DNA from: Candidatus Obscuribacterales bacterium
GTDB lineage: Bacteria; Cyanobacteriota; Vampirovibrionia; Obscuribacterales; Obscuribacteraceae
Length of the DNA stretch: 64,000 nucleotides
NCBI GenBank assembly: GCA_965228855.1
Contig: CBDDIJ010000005.1
Coordinates: forward strand, 96,001 to 160,000
Direction: 5' to 3'
Shown here in pieces: positions 53,342-64,000 of the stretch (position 1 is the first letter of the stretch; each line of letters starts with the position of its first letter). A program made the translations under genes and the position numbers. Below the pieces are notes generated by a model. The model did not search any database. It saw nothing but the letters and a program-made list of their open reading frames with translations, and had not been told where the DNA came from.

Positions 53342-55528
53342 TTGGCAAAGCGCAGGTCAGTGGCAAAACAGAAGCGAAACAACGGGCCGACCAAGCTGTT
53401 TGGTCGTTTCGTCAAATATTCGTTTTTGACAATTTGCGTGATCGTCGCTGTTGGAATCGGCTATCTGGGCGCTTCTTTGTACGGTCAACTGCAGGACCTG
53501 CCTGATATCACGCTGGTCGAACGTTACGAACCAATTGAAGCAATCCAGATCTTTGATAGAAACGACCAGATGGTTTGCACCGTCGAAGGCGACGAAGACA
53601 GACGTTGTATTCCGCTAAGTCAGGTTTCCACACAGATGCAGCAAGCGATTCTCGCGGCAGAGGATCACCACTTTTATGAACACAACGGCGTAAATCTATT
53701 TAGCATTTTTCGTGCGTTCGAAACGAACTTGAAGGCAGGCCGCACCGTACAAGGTGGCAGCACGATTACACAGCAGCTAGTTAAGAATCTCTTCTTTGCC
53801 GATGCGGGGCGAACCTTCGACCGTAAGATCAAAGAAGGATACATGGCATGGAATCTGGAAAATCGCTACGGGAAAGAACGAATTCTCGAAATGTATTTAA
53901 ACCAGATTTATTTCGGCAACAACGCCTATGGAATCGAACGAGCAGCAAAGCGATATTTCAATAAGCGCGCAGCCGAACTCAATCTTGCTGAATCCTCATT
54001 CCTTGCCGGATTGGTTAAAGCGCCCTCAGAATTGGGTGACGAAAAAGGTCGTTCGAAAGCATACATAAGACAAAAACAAATCATCGATAAGATGGTCGAA
54101 TACGGCTACATAACCGAGAAGCAAGGTGAGGATTCAAAAAAAATCAAGCTCACTTTCCGAAAGGGAGTTAATCCGCTTCAAAAACACCCACACTATATAA
54201 GTTATGTCCTGGAGCAGCTGCGCGATAGATTCTCGCAAGCTGAATTGCGCAGGCAGGGACTGCGTGTTTATACAAACCTCGATCCTACCGCTCAAACACT
54301 TGCTGAAAATACCCTGAATGAGCGGATTAAGAAGAGCCCAAAAGGGATTACACAGGGAGCACTGGTATCGGTTTCGGTGCCTGATGGAGCGGTCATAGCA
54401 CTGGTCGGAGGGGTCGGGAACTTCTGGCAGGCACAGTTCAACCGCGCGACTCACGGTCATACAACCGGCTCTTCTTTCAAGCCATTCGTGTACTTGACCG
54501 CGTTCCTCCGCGGGACACTAAGCCCGGATTCAATCATCGAAGACACGCCGCTGGTGGTCAAACAAAGATGGGGTCTGCCCGATTATTGCCCGAAGAATTA
54601 CGATCATAAGTACATGGGAAGAATTCCGGTGCGCACGGCTCTTAAGCTTTCTCGCAACGTTCCGGCTGTTAAAACGGCACAGTCACTTGGGATGGAAAGT
54701 ATCATCGAGACTGCCAGACAGGCAGGTATTACCTCGCAGCTGGACAAGAATTTGTCGCTGGCTTTGGGAAGCTCATCGGTTTCGCCCCTTGAGATGGCAG
54801 GCGCCTACGCTACCTTCGCCAGAGCCGGAGTCTACATAACCCCACAAGTGCTGCGCAAAATCGAAAACAATCGAGGACAGATCATTGAGGTTTTCGAGCC
54901 GAAGGTAGACAAAGTATTTCCTGTAGAACCAGTGGCGCGGCTCGTTAGCGTTCTCCAGGATGTAGTTAAGAGCGGTACCGGAACAGCGGCGCGCCTCAAA
55001 GATCGACCGGTGGCAGGCAAGACCGGTACTTCTAATGACGCTCGCGATATCTGGTTTATCGGATTTACCCCGGACCTTGTCACTGCAATTTGGGCCGGCA
55101 ATGATGAGCACAAGCCGATTCCCGGAAGTCACGTCACGGGTGGCGGTCTGATGGCACCTACATTCAAGCAATACATGGAAGCGTATTACGCGGCTAAACC
55201 ACACCCGGCCGGCTCATTCGTGGAACCAACTCCGGGAATCGATGAGCCGAAACCAGAGAGTGGAGAGAGCGAACGGCTTGCCGGTATAGGACAGAAAACA
55301 GACGCAGCCAGCGACACGGACACCACAGGCGATACCAGGAAGCCGACTGAAAACCGTTCGCAACAGCCTGATGAGCCGGTCACCACAGTAGTGGCTCCGG
55401 CAGACAACACTCCGATCGATCCGCTATTGGCACCGCCCATATCAAAATCGGCGCCCCAAGTTGCGCCTTCCGTCAACGAGCAAAGCGGTGGTGGTGGCGC
55501 TACCGACGATGGAATACCAGAGTTCTAA
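53342..55528 (+). CDS. Class A penicillin-binding protein (PBP1A family)
   Basis: TM anchor, EDHHFYEH, GGSTITQQL, RKIKE, SSFK, SRN, KTGT; TATAAT at 53299-53304. Confidence 0.95.
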   Translation: MAKRRSVAKQKRNNGPTKLFGRFVKYSFLTICVIVAVGIGYLGASLYGQLQDLPDITLVERYEPIEAIQIFDRNDQMVCTVEGDEDRRCIPLSQVSTQMQQAILAAEDHHFYEHNGVNLFSIFRAFETNLKAGRTVQGGSTITQQLVKNLFFADAGRTFDRKIKEGYMAWNLENRYGKERILEMYLNQIYFGNNAYGIERAAKRYFNKRAAELNLAESSFLAGLVKAPSELGDEKGRSKAYIRQKQIIDKMVEYGYITEKQGEDSKKIKLTFRKGVNPLQKHPHYISYVLEQLRDRFSQAELRRQGLRVYTNLDPTAQTLAENTLNERIKKSPKGITQGALVSVSVPDGAVIALVGGVGNFWQAQFNRATHGHTTGSSFKPFVYLTAFLRGTLSPDSIIEDTPLVVKQRWGLPDYCPKNYDHKYMGRIPVRTALKLSRNVPAVKTAQSLGMESIIETARQAGITSQLDKNLSLALGSSSVSPLEMAGAYATFARAGVYITPQVLRKIENNRGQIIEVFEPKVDKVFPVEPVARLVSVLQDVVKSGTGTAARLKDRPVAGKTGTSNDARDIWFIGFTPDLVTAIWAGNDEHKPIPGSHVTGGGLMAPTFKQYMEAYYAAKPHPAGSFVEPTPGIDEPKPESGESERLAGIGQKTDAASDTDTTGDTRKPTENRSQQPDEPVTTVVAPADNTPIDPLLAPPISKSAPQVAPSVNEQSGGGGATDDGIPEF

Positions 55529-55716
55529 CCGGTACCTTCGCGAACAGCAATCTGATTCCATTGAGTCAATTGAATAATTTCGAATCTTTGAAAGACTCTT
55601 GAGAACTGAAAACCCAACGATTTGCAAAAGCTTTGAGATACCATATAAAGGTTCTGAAAAAGAGATCTGCATAGGTCTTTTGACGTCCACGGGCTGACAT
55701 TCGTCAATGTTCAAAG

Positions 55717-57027
55717 GTGGGTATGGATAAATTCATGGGTGTCGTCGGATTTGCCACGATTCTGGGTGTGGCATTCCTGATGTCGAACAATCGAAAAGCG
55801 ATCAACTATCGGTTGGTACTTTCAGGTCTAGCCCTGCAGATTTTGATGGCCATATTCGTTCTCAAAGTCCCATTCGGGCAAGAGCTCTTTCGAAATATCG
55901 GCGACGGCATCACCCAGCTCCTGCACTGCTCAGACGCCGGCGCGCACTTTGTCTTCGGTCCGTTGGTCCCGTTTTCGGAAGCCGGCGCAGCGAAGCTCAC
56001 CGAAAGTTTAGGTCCGGAAGCGAACTTTATTTTTGCCTTCCGCGTTGTGCCTACGATCATCTTCGTATCCAGCCTGGTAAGCATCTCTTACTACCTGGGA
56101 ATCATGCAGCGAGTGGTTCAGATCGTCGCTAAAGTCGTTTCAAAAATCATGGGCGCCTCGGGTTCCGAAGCACTATCCAATGCGGCAAGCGTTTTCGTTG
56201 GACAAGTCGAAGCGCAATTGCTTATTAAACCGTATGTCGCGAGCATGACGATGTCGGAACTGCTGGCATCGATGACAGGTTCGATGGCCTGCGTTGCCGG
56301 CGGTGTACTGGCCGTCTACATCGGTCTTGGAATCAAAGCCTCTTATTTGCTGACGGCAAGCATAATGGCGGCGCCCGGCGGTTTGGTAATAGCAAAAATT
56401 GTTTATCCGGAAACAGAAGAGTCACAGACCAAAGGCACCGTAAAAGTCGAAGTAAAAAAAACGAATGCAAACGTAATCGACGCCGCCGCGCATGGTGCCT
56501 CCGATGGATTGAGAATTGGTTTAAACGTAGTCGCTATGCTGATTGCATTTATCGCCTTGATTTATCTTGGTGACATAATCCTCGGTTTTTGCGGGAAACA
56601 ACTCGCCGCGATAGGGGTCAGCGGAGCATCTGTCGGACTGAACCTGGCAGATTTGAAACTGCAAGATGTCTTCGGGCTGATCTTTGCACCGGTCGCATTT
56701 ATTCTGGGCATACCGTGGCAAGACGCGCACACATGCGGCGCCTTGATGGGCAAGAAATTTGTCATCAATGAATTCGTCGCCTTCCTCGATCTATCAGCCA
56801 TGGTCAAAGATGGATCTACAGTCACGATTTCAAAACAGGCGGAGACAATCGTCACCTTCGCTCTTTGCGGATTCGCAAATTTAAGCTCCGTCGCCATGCA
56901 GATTGGCGGCATCGGCGAAATCGCTCCGTCCCGCAGAGAAGACCTTGCGCGCCTCGGCATGAAAGCGCTTATCTGCGGCACAATGGCGAGTTATCTATCG
57001 GCAACTCTGGCAGGCCTATTAATATGA
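55717..57027 (+). CDS. nupC: NupC/CNT nucleoside:cation symporter
   Basis: [32 protein letters not shown]. Confidence 0.93.
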   Translation: MGMDKFMGVVGFATILGVAFLMSNNRKAINYRLVLSGLALQILMAIFVLKVPFGQELFRNIGDGITQLLHCSDAGAHFVFGPLVPFSEAGAAKLTESLGPEANFIFAFRVVPTIIFVSSLVSISYYLGIMQRVVQIVAKVVSKIMGASGSEALSNAASVFVGQVEAQLLIKPYVASMTMSELLASMTGSMACVAGGVLAVYIGLGIKASYLLTASIMAAPGGLVIAKIVYPETEESQTKGTVKVEVKKTNANVIDAAAHGASDGLRIGLNVVAMLIAFIALIYLGDIILGFCGKQLAAIGVSGASVGLNLADLKLQDVFGLIFAPVAFILGIPWQDAHTCGALMGKKFVINEFVAFLDLSAMVKDGSTVTISKQAETIVTFALCGFANLSSVAMQIGGIGEIAPSRREDLARLGMKALICGTMASYLSATLAGLLI

Positions 57028-59141
57028 CCTCGGAAGCAAAACAGCCCGGTACCGCTGGTGGTGCCGGATTCAATCCCCGTATTTTTATCTGGATTGTCAT
57101 AGCGATCGTTGGAGCATATGCGCTCGCTACTATCGCAATCACGCGTGGCGAGCACATCAACGGCGTATGGCTCATTGTGGCGGCGGGTTGTGTTTTCTCA
57201 TGCGCCTATCGTTTTTACAGTAAATTCATCGCAGACAAGGTTTTCGACCTTAACGATTCAATACCGACACCGGCAGTGGTGAAGAATGACGGCAAAGACT
57301 TCGTTCCCACCGAGAAGTGGGTTTTGTTCGGGCACCATTTTGCGGCGATTGCCGGGGCTGGTCCACTTGTTGGACCAATTCTTGCCGCGCAATTCGGTTA
57401 TCTGCCAGGCACATTGTGGATCATCGTCGGCGTCGTGCTTGCCGGTGCAGTGCAGGACTTCGTGGTGCTTTGTGCGTCAATGCGCCGCGGTGGCAAGTCG
57501 CTTGGACAGATGGCGAAGGAAGAGATCAGTCCCCTGGCGGGAATCATCGCACTCGTTGCGATTCTTCTCATCATGATGATTCTCATTGCAGTTCTTGCAG
57601 TCGTCATAGTAAATGCGCTAAAGGATAGTCCTTGGGGCTCGTTCACAATTTTGATGACTATACCAATAGCCATGGTTGTAGGCGTCTACATGCGGTTCTT
57701 AAGACCACACAAGGTGATGGAAGGTTCCGTAATCGGAGTCTCATTGACACTACTGGCGGTGGTAGCCGGTCGCTGGGTAGCAGATGATCCAACGCTTGCA
57801 AAGATTTTCACTCTCGATGGCGTGCAACTCTCGATTGCAGTTATGTCGTACGGTTTTGTCGCCTCGGTCCTACCAGTATGGTTGCTGCTTGCACCGCGCG
57901 ACTACCTCTCGGCGTTTCTAAAAATTGGAACAATTGGTCTGCTCGCGCTCGGAATCATCTTCTTGCACCCCGAGATGCAGATGCCAGCTCTGACAGTGTT
58001 TACAAACGGCGACGGGCCGATTTTCACAGGCACAATTTTCCCGTTCTGTTTCATCACAATTGCTTGTGGGGCCATTTCCGGATTCCATGCTTTAATTTCG
58101 TCGGGCACGACGCCAAAGATGATTTCTCTGGAAACGCAAGCCCGCCCCATTGGTTACGCTGGAATGTTGTGTGAAGCAGCCGTAGCAATTATGGCGATGG
58201 TGGCAGCTTGCGTTCTGCAACCAGGCGTCTACTTCGCTATCAACAGCCCAGCGGGCGTTATCGGAGCAGACCCGATTGGTGCCTGCCAGACTATCGCGCA
58301 GTGGGGGTACGCTGTCAGCCCGGCAGACATGCAAACTCTCGCGACAGACGTTGGAGAGACTTCACTCTGGTCGAGAACCGGTGGCGCTCCCACCCTCGCC
58401 GTCGGTATGGCTCACATCTTTGCCAGTGCGCTGAAATCGATACCCGGACTGGAATCGTCCATTGCATTCTGGTATCACTTCGCGATCATGTTCGAAGCTC
58501 TGTTCATTCTTACGTGTCTCGATGCCGGAACCCGTGTCGGTCGGTTTATCGTCCAGGACTTTCTCGGCTTGTTTTCGAAAAAGCTTGGCGAGACCGGCTG
58601 GTATCCGTCCATCATTCTCAGTTCGGGTCTGGTCGTAACAGGCTGGGGCTATTTCCTGTATGCAGGTGTCACCGACCCGCTGGGCGGCATTAAAAGTCTA
58701 TGGCCGTTGTTTGGAATTTCTAATCAATTGCTCGCCGTCGTGGCGCTATGTATATGCACGACCATTATCTTTCGAACCGGTAAAGGCAAATATGCCTGGA
58801 TCACAATGTTGCCCCTCGTCTGGTTACTCTGCGTCACTATATCTGGTGGCATCATAAAAATATTCGATCCATCTCCCAAACTTGGTTTCCTCGCTCACGC
58901 CGCGAAGCTCAAACTGGACCTCGCATCAGGGATTGGCACCGCGAAAGACCTTGAAAAGATTCCGACATTGATTTTCAACGACTATTTAGATGCGGTCCTC
59001 GGCGGGATATTTATTCTCCTGGTTTTGGTCATCGTTTTCGAAGCGATTCGCGTCTGGATTACGAAACCACCAAAAACAGGCGGCGACATCGATCCTGGGG
59101 CACCGTTGGACAGCAACGAGCATCCAATGCGTTGTTGCTAG
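57024..59141 (+). CDS. cstA: Carbon starvation protein CstA-family transporter
   Basis: [50 protein letters not shown] overlap with nupC stop. Confidence 0.95.
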   Translation: MTSEAKQPGTAGGAGFNPRIFIWIVIAIVGAYALATIAITRGEHINGVWLIVAAGCVFSCAYRFYSKFIADKVFDLNDSIPTPAVVKNDGKDFVPTEKWVLFGHHFAAIAGAGPLVGPILAAQFGYLPGTLWIIVGVVLAGAVQDFVVLCASMRRGGKSLGQMAKEEISPLAGIIALVAILLIMMILIAVLAVVIVNALKDSPWGSFTILMTIPIAMVVGVYMRFLRPHKVMEGSVIGVSLTLLAVVAGRWVADDPTLAKIFTLDGVQLSIAVMSYGFVASVLPVWLLLAPRDYLSAFLKIGTIGLLALGIIFLHPEMQMPALTVFTNGDGPIFTGTIFPFCFITIACGAISGFHALISSGTTPKMISLETQARPIGYAGMLCEAAVAIMAMVAACVLQPGVYFAINSPAGVIGADPIGACQTIAQWGYAVSPADMQTLATDVGETSLWSRTGGAPTLAVGMAHIFASALKSIPGLESSIAFWYHFAIMFEALFILTCLDAGTRVGRFIVQDFLGLFSKKLGETGWYPSIILSSGLVVTGWGYFLYAGVTDPLGGIKSLWPLFGISNQLLAVVALCICTTIIFRTGKGKYAWITMLPLVWLLCVTISGGIIKIFDPSPKLGFLAHAAKLKLDLASGIGTAKDLEKIPTLIFNDYLDAVLGGIFILLVLVIVFEAIRVWITKPPKTGGDIDPGAPLDSNEHPMRCC

Positions 59142-59447
59142 CCTCGCTCTTTACTCGGTACATTCAAAAGCCAATTCGTAATCTCACCACGCCGGGTACA
59201 AATTAGCCACAGTTGAAACCATATGATTGTCAGGTCTCGCATGACGATGGCCCCGAAACGCCTACCTGTTAACGTTTTTCCGGACAACTGCGCGAGACTG
59301 CCAAGCACAATCTGCAATCAATTCAGAGATACTTTTGATATTGACGAATTAGATTTGATACCACTACTGGTGCTAAGGACCAGCCGGAGATTTGGACCGA
59401 TCGATTCATACAACATCGATTGCCTTTCGCGGGGAGAAAGACATAGA

Positions 59448-62156
59448 ATGCCTGAATTCAATGAAAGACCGCACGGAAGAGGTTCCCAAAACTATTCCGG
59501 ACTGTCAGAACAAATCTTCGGCGACGGTCACAACAGTAATGACCGTCGGCAACATGAGGAGCGAAGTGACTTCCACCCGGGAGACAACTCGCGCCACGGC
59601 AACAACTTTCGCCCCAATGCTCAGAGAATCATCGGACAAATCGTTACTGACTTGATCGTCCAGAACGGGCGTAATGGTCCAGGCTACCAGAGACCTGGAT
59701 ATCCGCAATTGCAGCCTGGTTTCGATCCGCGCTATCAACCTGGTTTTGATCCACGTCAGCAACCAAATTACGATCCTCGATTTCAGCCTGGTTTCGATCT
59801 TCGACAGCAACCAAACTACGATCCTCGATTTCAGCCCGGTTTCGATCCACGTCAGCAACCAAACTACGATCCTCGATTTCAGCCTGGTTTCGATCCTCGA
59901 CAGCAACCAAACTACGATCCTCGATATCAACCGGGTTACGACCCGCGTTACCAACCACGTTTCGATCCTCGCTACAACCCGAACATTCAACCAGGCCGGT
60001 TTAATTCGAATGGGCCGCTAAGAAACTTGATCAGACAAAGTATCAACGACCTTAGAAACAATCCACAGGGGATCGAGGGATTGATAAATAGTCTCGGCAG
60101 TTTATCGCAAGACATGCGATTCAACGTCGATCAGGAACGTCGCGAAATTAGCCTGGGCATGGACTTCACGAAAGCCTACGACATGCTCAAGCGCCAGGAT
60201 GGAACTCCGGAGAATCCAGAGGTCAGGCGCCTTCTAGCAGGACTTGATTCAATTCAAGTCAATCCTGATGCACTCGCACTAAATTGGAAAGGCGAACAAC
60301 TGGTCGCACTGGACCAATCCAATGGTCCCAAAGATCTCAGACTCCTCCTGGGTGGACAAACAAATCGCACCACTCTGAATATCGCAACGAGTGAAACTGC
60401 TGTGAGACTGTCGAATATTCAGGGTCTCGAAGTGGTCGATCCTTCCGGCCGCCGAATGCGAATCTACGGTGTGGACATAGATTCAAGTAATCCGCAAGAG
60501 CCGAAAGGCACAATCACTATAGATAACCCTATTCCCCGCCCGGAGCAGTTGCCGCCAGGTACGCCATGGCCGGAGCAGGTCGGTCTGCCCATACCAATAA
60601 CGACTGACAATCAAAAGCAAGCCGTGCCAAGGTTGGTGAGCCAGCTTCATCGCGCGCGAACAGCTGCAATTAACGGAGATTTCGGAGAGATAATCAGCTC
60701 CGTAAATCCGCAAGAAATCAGTACTTTGATCGAGATGCTAAAGCCTCCGCAGGTTCCAGAGTCACCGCCAACTCCGATGGTTCCGGAGCCGCCGCGACCT
60801 GGGATTCAGCCGGAGATTCGACCAGCACCGTCAAATGCACCGCAGGAAGGAGTCATCGAGGTTAACCCGATTCCGGGTTACGAAGTGCAACCGCAAAACG
60901 AAGAAGAAAGAGAACAATCGCGGCTCCCGGGCGTCACAGAAATTCCATCGGTTAGCCCGCCTATAGACTATCTAGATGTGTTTCCTTTACCGCAACCGGT
61001 CTCTCCAGGCCGCACCGGTTCTGAACAGGTGGCACCACCTGCGACACCAGCGCCTTTCCAACATCAGACTTCGAGCGAGACCCTGAGGTCTCAGACATCG
61101 TCGAGTCACTGGGACCTTCCAACCGCAAGAACGAAACCGAGCCTGTCCACATCCATAGATTTGTTTAGACCCGTCGCAAGAACACAAAATCCGACTTCGA
61201 CTCCAGCGACAGTCTCGCCACCGGTGACGGTGACACCTCAGCGGACCGAACCGGTCTCTCCAACGGAGCAGAACTCAAAACCTGAGGCTCCAGAACCGAT
61301 AAAACAACCGACGGACGTCAGAGTGCACACGGGAGGACGATCTACCGACATTCTGCGCGCCAGCGGAATAAAAATCACAGCAGCCGAAAAAATCGGACCG
61401 GACAAATTGTTCTCTCTGATCTTTGCCGATGCGGATCAGCACGGGCCTCTGGTCACAGGCTTCAAAGGTAAGATTCAAGACCTCCAGTTCAGAAGGGACC
61501 TGGATGCAGTAGGCAAGACGTTGAATCGTTTCGACGTCGATAAAGCAAACAAAGCAATTACTGTCGGCTTAGACTTCGCAAAAGTCTATGACACTTTCGA
61601 GGAGAGTGGAAAGCAAAAACCGGAGACACGACAGTTTCTTAACGGACTACAATCCGTCACCGTCTCTCCGGATCAACTCAGGCTGAACTTCGACGCACCT
61701 CGAAAACTTGCAATGGATGGAGATGGTCTGAAAAAGGCAGATCTCTGGTTAGGTATGTTCAACAACCAAACCTCGTTCGACATACAAACCACGGAAAGCG
61801 GGCTGGCACTTAAGAACATAAAGGGACTGCAAGCAGAAGTTCAAGCGCTCGGCAAGAAATTGAACGTCTACGAAGTGACAATTGATACCAGCACCGGCAC
61901 GCCATCCGCGACAGCACTTGTAGATAATCCGTTTGCAAAACCACCGGGAGTTAGCGATGATCTATGGCAATCGACGATGAGCATTCCTCTTGAACTCGGC
62001 AAGACTGAAGAGGAAAGAATCCAGATCTCGCAAAGGCTTCCACAAACGTTGCGATCGCTTCACGCCATGAGACAGGGTGCGCTAAACGGCGGTATGGCGG
62101 AGCGCATCGGTCAGTTGACAAAGGAACAGATCATCGACATGCTTCGGTTCCAATAA
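59448..62156 (+). CDS. Hypothetical protein with octapeptide repeats and a duplicated unknown domain
   Basis: GGGGAG before ATG 59448; long ORF; internal repeats and two homologous ~200-aa segments. Confidence 0.75.
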   Translation: MPEFNERPHGRGSQNYSGLSEQIFGDGHNSNDRRQHEERSDFHPGDNSRHGNNFRPNAQRIIGQIVTDLIVQNGRNGPGYQRPGYPQLQPGFDPRYQPGFDPRQQPNYDPRFQPGFDLRQQPNYDPRFQPGFDPRQQPNYDPRFQPGFDPRQQPNYDPRYQPGYDPRYQPRFDPRYNPNIQPGRFNSNGPLRNLIRQSINDLRNNPQGIEGLINSLGSLSQDMRFNVDQERREISLGMDFTKAYDMLKRQDGTPENPEVRRLLAGLDSIQVNPDALALNWKGEQLVALDQSNGPKDLRLLLGGQTNRTTLNIATSETAVRLSNIQGLEVVDPSGRRMRIYGVDIDSSNPQEPKGTITIDNPIPRPEQLPPGTPWPEQVGLPIPITTDNQKQAVPRLVSQLHRARTAAINGDFGEIISSVNPQEISTLIEMLKPPQVPESPPTPMVPEPPRPGIQPEIRPAPSNAPQEGVIEVNPIPGYEVQPQNEEEREQSRLPGVTEIPSVSPPIDYLDVFPLPQPVSPGRTGSEQVAPPATPAPFQHQTSSETLRSQTSSSHWDLPTARTKPSLSTSIDLFRPVARTQNPTSTPATVSPPVTVTPQRTEPVSPTEQNSKPEAPEPIKQPTDVRVHTGGRSTDILRASGIKITAAEKIGPDKLFSLIFADADQHGPLVTGFKGKIQDLQFRRDLDAVGKTLNRFDVDKANKAITVGLDFAKVYDTFEESGKQKPETRQFLNGLQSVTVSPDQLRLNFDAPRKLAMDGDGLKKADLWLGMFNNQTSFDIQTTESGLALKNIKGLQAEVQALGKKLNVYEVTIDTSTGTPSATALVDNPFAKPPGVSDDLWQSTMSIPLELGKTEEERIQISQRLPQTLRSLHAMRQGALNGGMAERIGQLTKEQIIDMLRFQ
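59712..59975 (+). repeat. 11 x 24-bp coding tandem repeat, QP(G/N/R)(F/Y)D(P/L)R(Y/F/Q)
   Basis: Alternating CAGCCTGGTTTCGATCCxCGxCAG and CAACCAAACTACGATCCTCGATTT units (48-bp higher-order period). Confidence 0.95.
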
Positions 62157-62196
62157 CTTTCTCCAGCAGCCAAGGACTAGCCGTAATTGTTCGCAC

Positions 62197-63273
62197 CTAC
62201 CACTTTCCCAAGTTCAGACGCTTGGGAAGTCGAATTCGAAACGCATCGCCATCGTATTCGATTTCGCCGCCATGGAAATCGACTATGCGCTTGCAAAGGT
62301 ACAGCCCGAGCCCAGTTCCACTTCCCCGATGAGGACCGGATCGTGTGCTGAATCGTTTAAAAAGATGAGGGCGATCGGCTTCCGGAATTCCAGGACCGCT
62401 GTCTGAAATAGCAATTAAAAGCTGTCTTTCATCGCAGTCTAAACTCAAATCTATCTTGCCGTTCTCCGGTGTGAACTTGATTGCGTTGTCCAGGAGATTA
62501 ATAATTAAACGCTGAAGATCGTGACCGTTACCTGCGATCTCGTAGGACTTATTCTCCGCATTCAGTTTTACCTCAATTGATTTGGAGCGAGTCAGCGGTT
62601 GCAGTTCGGAAACACAGTTTGAAACCAGATCGCGAAAATCCACTTCTTGCAGTGTCATTTGCTCAGATGTGTTTTCAAATCTAGCGAGGGTTCTCATCGT
62701 TTCAGTCAAGCGCAGAAGCCACGCGACCGACTCGCGAGTCTTGGTGAGCATCGGCTTGTAATCAGGTGGAATCTCGCCATATACACCTTCAAGAGCATCG
62801 CCAGTCGTCATGCTGATTGCGATGAGCGGAGTTTTCAAATCGTGCGCGAGCGCATAGTTGAGATCTTGCAGAAGCTCGTTCTGCCTGCGCAATTGTTGTT
62901 GAAGTTCAATCAGCCTCTTACCGGCATTCACACGCAACAGAAATTCCTTCACGTCATAAGGCTTGACGAGATAGTCATCTGCACCCGCTTCCAGTCCTGC
63001 AATTACATCCTCTTGTTGGGTGCGAGCAGTTAAAACGATCACATAAATGTAATGCTCTTTGGAAAATTCGCGGACACGCTTGCACAGCTCGACCCCAGAT
63101 TGTCCGGGCATCATCCAGTCGAGGATAGCGATGTCCGGCGGCTCCTGACCGAATAATATGCGCAAGGCGTCGTCGCCGTTGGTTGCTGAAACAACTTCGA
63201 ACTTCTGACCTTTTAAAAGAACTTCCAAAACTCTTCTAGAGTCATCATCATCGTCGGCAACCAGAATTTTCAT
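62197..63273 (-). CDS. Hybrid response regulator-histidine kinase
   Basis: REC (ILVADDD, LDWMMPG, KPY) plus AHDLKTPL, NLLDNAIKF, DSGPGI, GTGLGL. Confidence 0.93.
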   Translation of the reverse strand: MKILVADDDDDSRRVLEVLLKGQKFEVVSATNGDDALRILFGQEPPDIAILDWMMPGQSGVELCKRVREFSKEHYIYVIVLTARTQQEDVIAGLEAGADDYLVKPYDVKEFLLRVNAGKRLIELQQQLRRQNELLQDLNYALAHDLKTPLIAISMTTGDALEGVYGEIPPDYKPMLTKTRESVAWLLRLTETMRTLARFENTSEQMTLQEVDFRDLVSNCVSELQPLTRSKSIEVKLNAENKSYEIAGNGHDLQRLIINLLDNAIKFTPENGKIDLSLDCDERQLLIAISDSGPGIPEADRPHLFKRFSTRSGPHRGSGTGLGLYLCKRIVDFHGGEIEYDGDAFRIRLPKRLNLGKW

Positions 63274-63344
63274 ACGTTGATCTCAAACACATTCGCCAGA
63301 ACACGATATCATTGTCTCAAAGAACATGCGAGATGAATGTCAGG

Positions 63345-64000
63345 ATGACCAAGATTTCGATTTTCATTGTTGAAGATTTCGAGCTGCTACGCGATGGACT
63401 GCGTGCCTCGATCAATCGTGAAGAAGATATGGAATGCATAGGTGAGGCGTCGGATGGCTTGACTGCCGTTCATAAAGTGTGCGCGCTCAAACCCGAAGTG
63501 GTAATCATGGACATCGGTCTGCCCCAGATGGATGGCATCGCCGCCACTCGCGAGATTCGTCAACAGGCGCCTGAAACAAAAATAGTAATGCTGACTTCGC
63601 ACGATGATGACACTGAAATTTTTGCGGCATTTGCATCCGGCGCATCAGGCTATTGCATGAAGGACACCGCCTCGCAAACCCTGAAACTAGCGATTCGCTC
63701 GGTTCATCAGGGAGCAGCTTGGTTTGATCCAAGAATAGCTTCGCGCTTATTAAACGATATGGTGTCAGGAAACCAAAATTCATTTGCTCAAACTCCATCT
63801 AAATCATCCCCAGTCGAGTTGTCTGAACGTGAAATCGAAGTTCTGAAACTCATCACCGATGGTCTCGGAAACAAAGAAATTGCCACAAAATTACAGATCA
63901 ACGTCTCAACTGTGCGCACCCACGTCGAACATATTCTGGAAAAACTTTCCGCTTCCGGCAGAACAGACGCCGCGGTCAAGGCACTCCGACTGGGACTGGT
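63345..64000 (+). CDS. NarL/FixJ-family response regulator, 3'-truncated by window edge (absent from ORF track)
   Basis: Own translation MTKISIFIVEDFELLRDGL...MDIGLPQMDGIAATREI...LSEREIEVLKLITDGLGNKEIA...TVRTHVEHILEKL; alternative start 63333. Confidence 0.92.
   Translation, partial: MTKISIFIVEDFELLRDGLRASINREEDMECIGEASDGLTAVHKVCALKPEVVIMDIGLPQMDGIAATREIRQQAPETKIVMLTSHDDDTEIFAAFASGASGYCMKDTASQTLKLAIRSVHQGAAWFDPRIASRLLNDMVSGNQNSFAQTPSKSSPVELSEREIEVLKLITDGLGNKEIATKLQINVSTVRTHVEHILEKLSASGRTDAAVKALRLGL

Noticed and set aside
56865..57023. N-terminal extension of CstA given in the ORF track
   Set aside because: Overlaps nupC out of frame; ATG 57024 with an ATGA overlap is the more plausible start
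59127..59141. Selenocysteine in the CstA tail
   Set aside because: Codons are TGT TGC TAG; there is no UGA
59712..59975. CRISPR-like array
   Set aside because: Units are contiguous, in-frame 24-bp repeats with synonymous variation, no unique spacers and no cas genes
63387..63979. Short minus-strand ORFs at the window end
   Set aside because: Shadows of the plus-strand NarL-family regulator that runs off the window

Overview
64 kb of ordinary chromosomal DNA (no prophage, IS or CRISPR seen) from a cyanobacteria-related bacterium, most likely Vampirovibrionia/Melainabacteria (Obscuribacterales-like). The inference rests on split rpoC1/rpoC2 with the large SI3 insertion, no photosynthesis genes in the window and many secreted TPR proteins. 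Housekeeping genes are gap, pgk, engB, rpoB-rpoC1-rpoC2, xerC, PBP1A, nupC-cstA, a thiolase and an LCP enzyme. Best candidate for an undescribed system: a heavy-metal RND efflux operon preceded by a secreted Cys/His-rich leader ORF with a RAPP arrest motif, whose stop codon is followed by overlapping antiterminator/terminator hairpins (8527-8976, minus). Other highlights: a tRNA-Sec gene, an Mre11/SbcD-like protein with broken catalytic motifs paired with a membrane-anchored SMC-like ATPase, a histidine kinase lacking its His, RpoB with a ~200-aa Gly-rich/acidic tail, CstA ending in RCC, a divergent DUF6745 pair and a protein with 11 octapeptide repeats. All family calls are from motif recognition by eye; no searches were run.
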